Below, piece after piece: positions 59,026 through 64,000 of a stretch of 64,000 bases of DNA (position 1 is its first letter; every line of letters starts with the position of its first letter). The stretch is from positions 3,906,001 through 3,970,000 of the forward strand of contig CATNEN010000011.1 of the NCBI GenBank assembly GCA_950097015.1, in the 5' to 3' direction. Below the pieces are notes generated by a model, which did no database searches, had not been told where the DNA came from, and saw only the letters and a list, made by a program, of their open reading frames with translations. The translations under genes and the position numbers were made by a program. Source of the DNA: Macrostomum hystrix. Its lineage: Eukaryota; Animalia; Platyhelminthes.

Positions 59026-60366
59026 TCAAATAAAGGGCCTCAGAAGGAAAACAAAGAAGATGGCCACCGTAGCCACGCAGCCAACGATGACCATGAGTCG
59101 TTCCAGTGCGGCAGCAGCCACCTGCCAGTCGGAGCGACTCTCTCGCGGCACTGACGTGTTCTCGCCATCCTTGACGCTTGTCTTGCCATCGCAGTCGCTG
59201 GCGTCCACCTCCGGTCGCGTCCTCCCATTGCGGACCAGTCGATGAACGCACAGGAGGCGGCCCAGGCCGCTCACGAACACGCAGCGAAGACACATCGGCA
59301 TCGGTGACGTCTCCGGAGCGAAGTGGAAGCGAATGATGACAGACGTGAGCAAAAGCGACGTTGTTGACAGTGCCATCGCGGCGGTGATGAAGGAGGCCAC
59401 GGCTGGCATCGACTGCGACTTTGGCAGGATTCCGTCCAGCAGCAGCAGGAACACGGTGTAGCTCAGCATGATGGTGATGCCGAAGCCCAGCTTCTCGCCG
59501 GACTCGACGGGCACGAAGAAGACGAGTACCTGGAGTAGCGTCAGCAGCAGCAGAGGCGTCACCACGTTCAGCATGTAGTAGGCGGAGACTCGCTCGATCT
59601 CCATGCGCATCACGTATGTGGGGATCGCTACTTTAGGCATTTGCTTGAAGAGCTCATAATACCTGTAAACTACGAATGTGCTGAGGTTTAACATTTGCCA
59701 TTCGCTGTTTTCAACGTAAGCTGATAGCTCGTTGTACTCCATTGTGGATGGAATCAGCATGTTGCCCTTCAGCGGCTGAACCATCGCGTTACCTCGGCCC
59801 ATGTCGTTCATGTACAGCTCCATGTCGCAGGTGTGTCGGTCCATTGGGAAGCGTCTCATGTCGAACTGGCAGGAGAAATCCCACTCCTGCTTCCAGTTGG
59901 CGGTCACCACCGTTGTTTTCGGCGAAATCGACGTCAGGTACACAGGAAACTGCGCCTTCAGCTGCTGGTTGTCTCCGATGCCGTTGTAGACCAAAATCAC
60001 GGGGAACCAGATCTGGCCGCTGTCCCAATCGGCGACGTTGACTCCACCGAACTCGGCGGGATCCCACACCAGGCGCTCCTCCTCCCAGTTGGCCGTCATG
60101 AAGGCGGCAATCTTGACACTCTGCTTGGCGCTGTCAATTGAGACAATCTGACTCAGAATGATAGTGACTGACACATTCACGGGCTCTGATGGGTTCAGTC
60201 TGGGCCGCACCATCGGATTAAAGTCGGCGATGTTGTTCTTTAAGTACTTCATCAGCTCGTTTTGATAGTCGCTTTTGGTCGTGTTCTGAGCCTGCCCGAT
60301 GCTGACAGATGCGCAGCAGGTAAGCGCCATCAGCTCTAATAGCTCAAGAAGATTTTTTGCCAGCAT
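59026..60366 (-). CDS. Intronless Cys-loop ligand-gated cation channel subunit, copy 3
   Basis: Cys loop CQFDMRRFPMDRHTC. First ATG at 60366 (alternative 60330). Convergent with copy 2. Confidence 0.93.
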   Translation of the reverse strand: MLAKNLLELLELMALTCCASVSIGQAQNTTKSDYQNELMKYLKNNIADFNPMVRPRLNPSEPVNVSVTIILSQIVSIDSAKQSVKIAAFMTANWEEERLVWDPAEFGGVNVADWDSGQIWFPVILVYNGIGDNQQLKAQFPVYLTSISPKTTVVTANWKQEWDFSCQFDMRRFPMDRHTCDMELYMNDMGRGNAMVQPLKGNMLIPSTMEYNELSAYVENSEWQMLNLSTFVVYRYYELFKQMPKVAIPTYVMRMEIERVSAYYMLNVVTPLLLLTLLQVLVFFVPVESGEKLGFGITIMLSYTVFLLLLDGILPKSQSMPAVASFITAAMALSTTSLLLTSVIIRFHFAPETSPMPMCLRCVFVSGLGRLLCVHRLVRNGRTRPEVDASDCDGKTSVKDGENTSVPRESRSDWQVAAAALERLMVIVGCVATVAIFFVFLLRPFI

Positions 60367-61199
60367 TTTGACGGACAAATTTGTTTCGTTAAGTTGAGTT
60401 TTCTGACAGCCCTCGGCCAAGAATCTTCATGACTTAAATGATGCAAGTTTAGTCCATTGTTCATTGTTTTGTCCGCAAGCTACCAATTTAGCTGAGAGAA
60501 ATGAGTGTAATTTAGGAATTTCATCTCCTACACAAATTGCCCACTTATTCTTGCTTGAGAATCTTCAAGTGCTAGCAACCGGCTGAGATGGGCACTCTGA
60601 CCTGTCAATTTCATCATGCAATCAATCAAAAGTTCAAATTTTTTCTCAAACTCGCTGTATTGATAGCGACGACTCACTGGATAGAATCTCGAAAAATAGC
60701 TTCCTTTTCATTAAAACCGGTGAGTCTTGCTCGATTAAGTTTTCTGTATACCCTACTTGCAGTAGTGTTTTTTGCTGCGTAAACTCTTGTATTATATGGT
60801 AACTTTCCGAGGACGCAATTTAATCGTATGCAATAATTTATTTTCAAATAAACAGCTTTTTCGTATTAGAAACTTACTTCTTTAAGTAGTTACGAGCGAA
60901 CTTTACTTTACGTTTAGCAAAATATTTTTCTAATAATAAAACACTGCCTTTCCCTTTCCAGTGAAAATTGAACTCGTGATCTCAAGGAGTGAGGAAAAGT
61001 GAAGCTAATTAAGGCGAACCTTCAAAGTGAATTGAGTTTTACTGCGCTTGAAATATAATTCGATTAGTGTTCTCGGAATAAGTTGTTTGTATGCTCTGTG
61101 AGATTTGAAAGAAGTGACATACTCAGGACTATACTATACTCATACACATACTATACTCATAGCTTGTGCTCAGAATCAATGATCTCTGCTTTGATCTCG

Positions 61200-61408
61200 C
61201 GGATGTCCTAATTGGCTGGACTGAAGGGACGCCACGCCCATTTTTAGTTACCCCAGCTGATGCTGGCACCCATTGAACAGCTGGATGAACTGAAGCAACA
61301 CAGAGCCAAGTGTCTTGCTAAATGACCAAATTGTTCCACCGGAGTCAGGAATCGAACCCCTGACCTTCAAGTCGCCATTCTGACACCCGAAACACTAGCC
61401 TACAACTG
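61200..61408 (-). mobile_element. Diverged SINE-A copy
   Basis: GGAATCGAACCCCTGACCTTCAAGTC head, GAACTGAAGCAAC...AAGTGTCTTGCTAAA core. Confidence 0.8.
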
Positions 61409-61990
61409 TTGAGCGAGGCCTCGCCGTGGATTCGGTTTATGCATGACCGCATATTTCTTCTATATATTTAGTAAAACATAACATTTTTATAGTTCCGAAT
61501 TTTTTTTCTCGAAAAATCAGTGCTGCTTTCTAGGAAATAGCAGAAATTAGCCCCACCAACAAGGGGAGCATGAATTCACGCCCTCCTGCGAGCTCTTCCC
61601 TCAGGTGGCTGCATCTGCTCCGAAATGAATCGCAGAAAAACCAATAAGAAACAGACCAAGAGAGGACAGGAAAACTGGCAATGAGGCACAGGTGTGCGGC
61701 GACCGGGAAGAGGGTAGAGATGCAAAGCGACAGAGAAGCGCCGATGATAAAATAGAAAGATTTACTATCTAGATTGAAAAGCAAAGCGGGCCGAATTAGG
61801 GAAATTGAGACGGCTAGTAGTAAGAAAATCGACCTAGGTATACACACGACAGCGAGTTTTGTAGTTTGGCAACTATTCTGCCTGCTGCTGCTATTATTGT
61901 TGTTGGCAGCAGACGAAAACGATACAATTAAGGTTTCGCCTATTAATTCCTAGATAAACAATCTGCGAACTGGCAAAGGCTGCAGTTGAA

Positions 61991-63916
61991 ATGTCAGCTG
62001 GAGCCCCAAAGAATACAAAAGTCTCTAACGCTGGCATGGCAACAGCGAGGGTCGCGCCTCAACCAACGGGCCTGTCATCCGACTCCGAATCTGCTCATTG
62101 GGAACAGCTCTCTGCGGTGCAGTACTTTTACCTTTTTAGACCTGAATTGATAGAATAATATCTGACTGTTGATTTATTTGAATTCCAGAGCGCAGCCAGA
62201 GAGTTTCAACGCAGGCTGAGACAGTCGCCGCATCAGAACATTGTTGACATTTTCAAATGCGGCGTCAGAACCTCCGGTTCGAGACCCTGCCTCGGCTGGC
62301 GACGTGACGCTCGGTCGCCATTCACCTGGCTCAGCTATCAGGAGGTGAATCTTTTATGCTCGTTGGCAGTCTTGGAAGTGCTGTGGGGTGGTGGGTGCTA
62401 TTGGGTGGTTGGAGCTGTGGGGTGGTTGGTGCTGTGAGGTGGTTGGTGCTATGGGGTGGTTGGTGCTATGGGGTGGTTGGTGCTATGGGGTGGTTGGTGT
62501 TATGGGGTGGTTGGTGCTATGGGGTGGTTGGTGCTATAGGGTGGTTGGTGCTATGGGGTGGTTGGAGCTGTCGGGTGGTTGGTGCTGTGGGGTGGTGGGG
62601 CCATACAGTGGCTTATGCTGTGGGGTGGTTGGTGCCACGGAGTGGCTGACGCTGTGGGGTGATTGATGCAGTGGTGGTGGGTGCTGAAGGGTGGTTAGTG
62701 CTGTGGGGTGGTGGGGCCATACAGTGGCTTATGCTGTGGGGAGGTTGTTTCTGTGGGGTGGTGGTTGCTTTGGGGTGGTTGATGCTAAACTAATTTGTTG
62801 AATATAAACTTATATTCTGTTGAGCCTTTTAAAATATCGGCTCGAGCCGTAACATAACAAATATCTTATGTCATACATTGTCTGACATAAGATCTAAAAT
62901 AAAAAAAACTATTAACATTTAAACTTTTCTATTTACGAACATTTTTCCGCTATAACCGCAGCTTTTCAACAAGCCTTGTAATATAATTTTTTGTTCTATT
63001 TTTAGAACAAGTCACGGTCATACGTCACGCGATAATGACGTGCTGAAAGTGAATACACGATTCTATTTTTAGCTCATCGATCAAATTCAAGGTCAGTCGA
63101 CGCGTGGTAGAAAATAATGACCGATTTTACTTCTTTCTTAGAATTCTAGTTTATTTGACCCGCGATGCTTCGTGACGAAATTGGGGAGTGTCTAAAAGTA
63201 CAACTCTTCATCTCAAAATATCTGACTACTTCTGACGTGCTGATCTCGAGCAAAAGAGCTTCCAATATCATGCTTAGGCAAGCACGCGGTGCATCATATT
63301 ATGTTACAAAGAAACTTCACGCAGCCGCTACACCGAATAATCTCAAAGGTGCTCAGCCAGGCGCACAGCTTCGGCTCTTACCTGTGCGGTGGCCGGCCGC
63401 GACTCAGCGTGGGCGATCGAGTGGCCATCTTGGCCAACAGAAATCGACCCGAGTGGTCCATAGCCGAGCTCGGCTGCGCCCTGTTCAGCTTGGTTCCCGT
63501 GGCCGTTGTCGAGTGTCCTTCGCTGGCTTCGGGAGACTCATCCACAATGGAGGAATCGTCGCAGCAGCTCGCAGAGCTAGACCGCGCCATCCTAGCAGTC
63601 GGTGGAGTGTCAGCGGTCCTGTTGCTCTGCGACTCGGACGCCAGCGTGCAGCTGAGACGCCTGGCAGCCACGCGCAGTCGAAGCCGCGGCACCGGCCTAC
63701 GCGCTGTCATCGTGTCCACCCAGAAAGGCGACTTTGGCGAGGCGCTGATGTCAAACAATGCGGCGATTGGCGTTGACACTGACGAAGCTGAGGTGGACGG
63801 ATTGGCTGTCATCGACTGGCAGACCGCCCTGCGGCTGGGCAGATCGGCGCCGCTGACACCGGAGCCGGCTGGCCGGGAAGACCTGGCGGCCATCTGCTTC
63901 ACTGGTGGCACGTGCG
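61991..63916 (+). CDS. Long-chain fatty-acid-CoA ligase (ACSL-like, AMP-binding), 5' part; continues past the window
   Basis: Exons 61991-62116 (tentative), 62189-62344 (IVDIFKCGVRTSGSRPCLGWR...FTWLSYQE), 63349-63916 (FGSYL...VAILANRNRPEW...EDLAAICFTGGTCG). Confidence 0.75.
62380..62790. repeat. 17-bp G-rich minisatellite in the ligase intron
   Basis: (TGCTATGGGGTGGTTGG)n with variants. Confidence 0.9.
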
Positions 63917-64000
63917 GTGAGCGACTGACAGGTTTTCTGGCCCTCCTCTGACTCGCAACTGTCCCGATGTCGCAGTAATACAATTTAATAATATTCGCTC

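Noticed and set aside
52084-60420. TTG/GTG/CTG starts given by the ORF track (52084, 60420, 27645, 5602 and others)
   Set aside because: Bacterial-style starts are not applicable; these are splice acceptors or lie upstream of the true ATG.

Overview
Eukaryotic, intron-containing genomic DNA, not prokaryotic. GC-rich exons with poly-Ala/Gln runs, AT-rich introns packed with minisatellites and tRNA-derived SINEs, and a full DNMT3 suggest a free-living flatworm such as Macrostomum (inference only). I rebuilt spliced gene models by eye from GT-AG junctions and checked reading-frame phase; no database searches were run. Genes in order: inward-rectifier K+ channel (+), orphan 220-aa ORF (+), complete 9-exon PWWP-ADD-MTase DNMT3 (-), D-amino-acid/D-aspartate oxidase (+), two convergent SLC5A7-type choline transporter paralogs (one canonical, one with a remodelled binding site), a 4-TM proteolipid (PLP/M6)-like gene that the ORF track misses (+), three intronless Cys-loop cation-channel subunits, and the 5' part of a long-chain acyl-CoA ligase (+). 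Mobile DNA: two SINE families, several MITE families, a Ty3/Gypsy integrase relic, and a Crypton-type tyrosine-recombinase element nested in the inverted repeat of a THAP-bearing element. The most unusual signal is the receptor trio: M1-M3 is nearly identical at the nucleotide level (283 bp identical in all three), while the ligand-binding domains have diverged and lost the acetylcholine aromatic box. Residue numbers for human homologues are from memory and should be re-checked by alignment.
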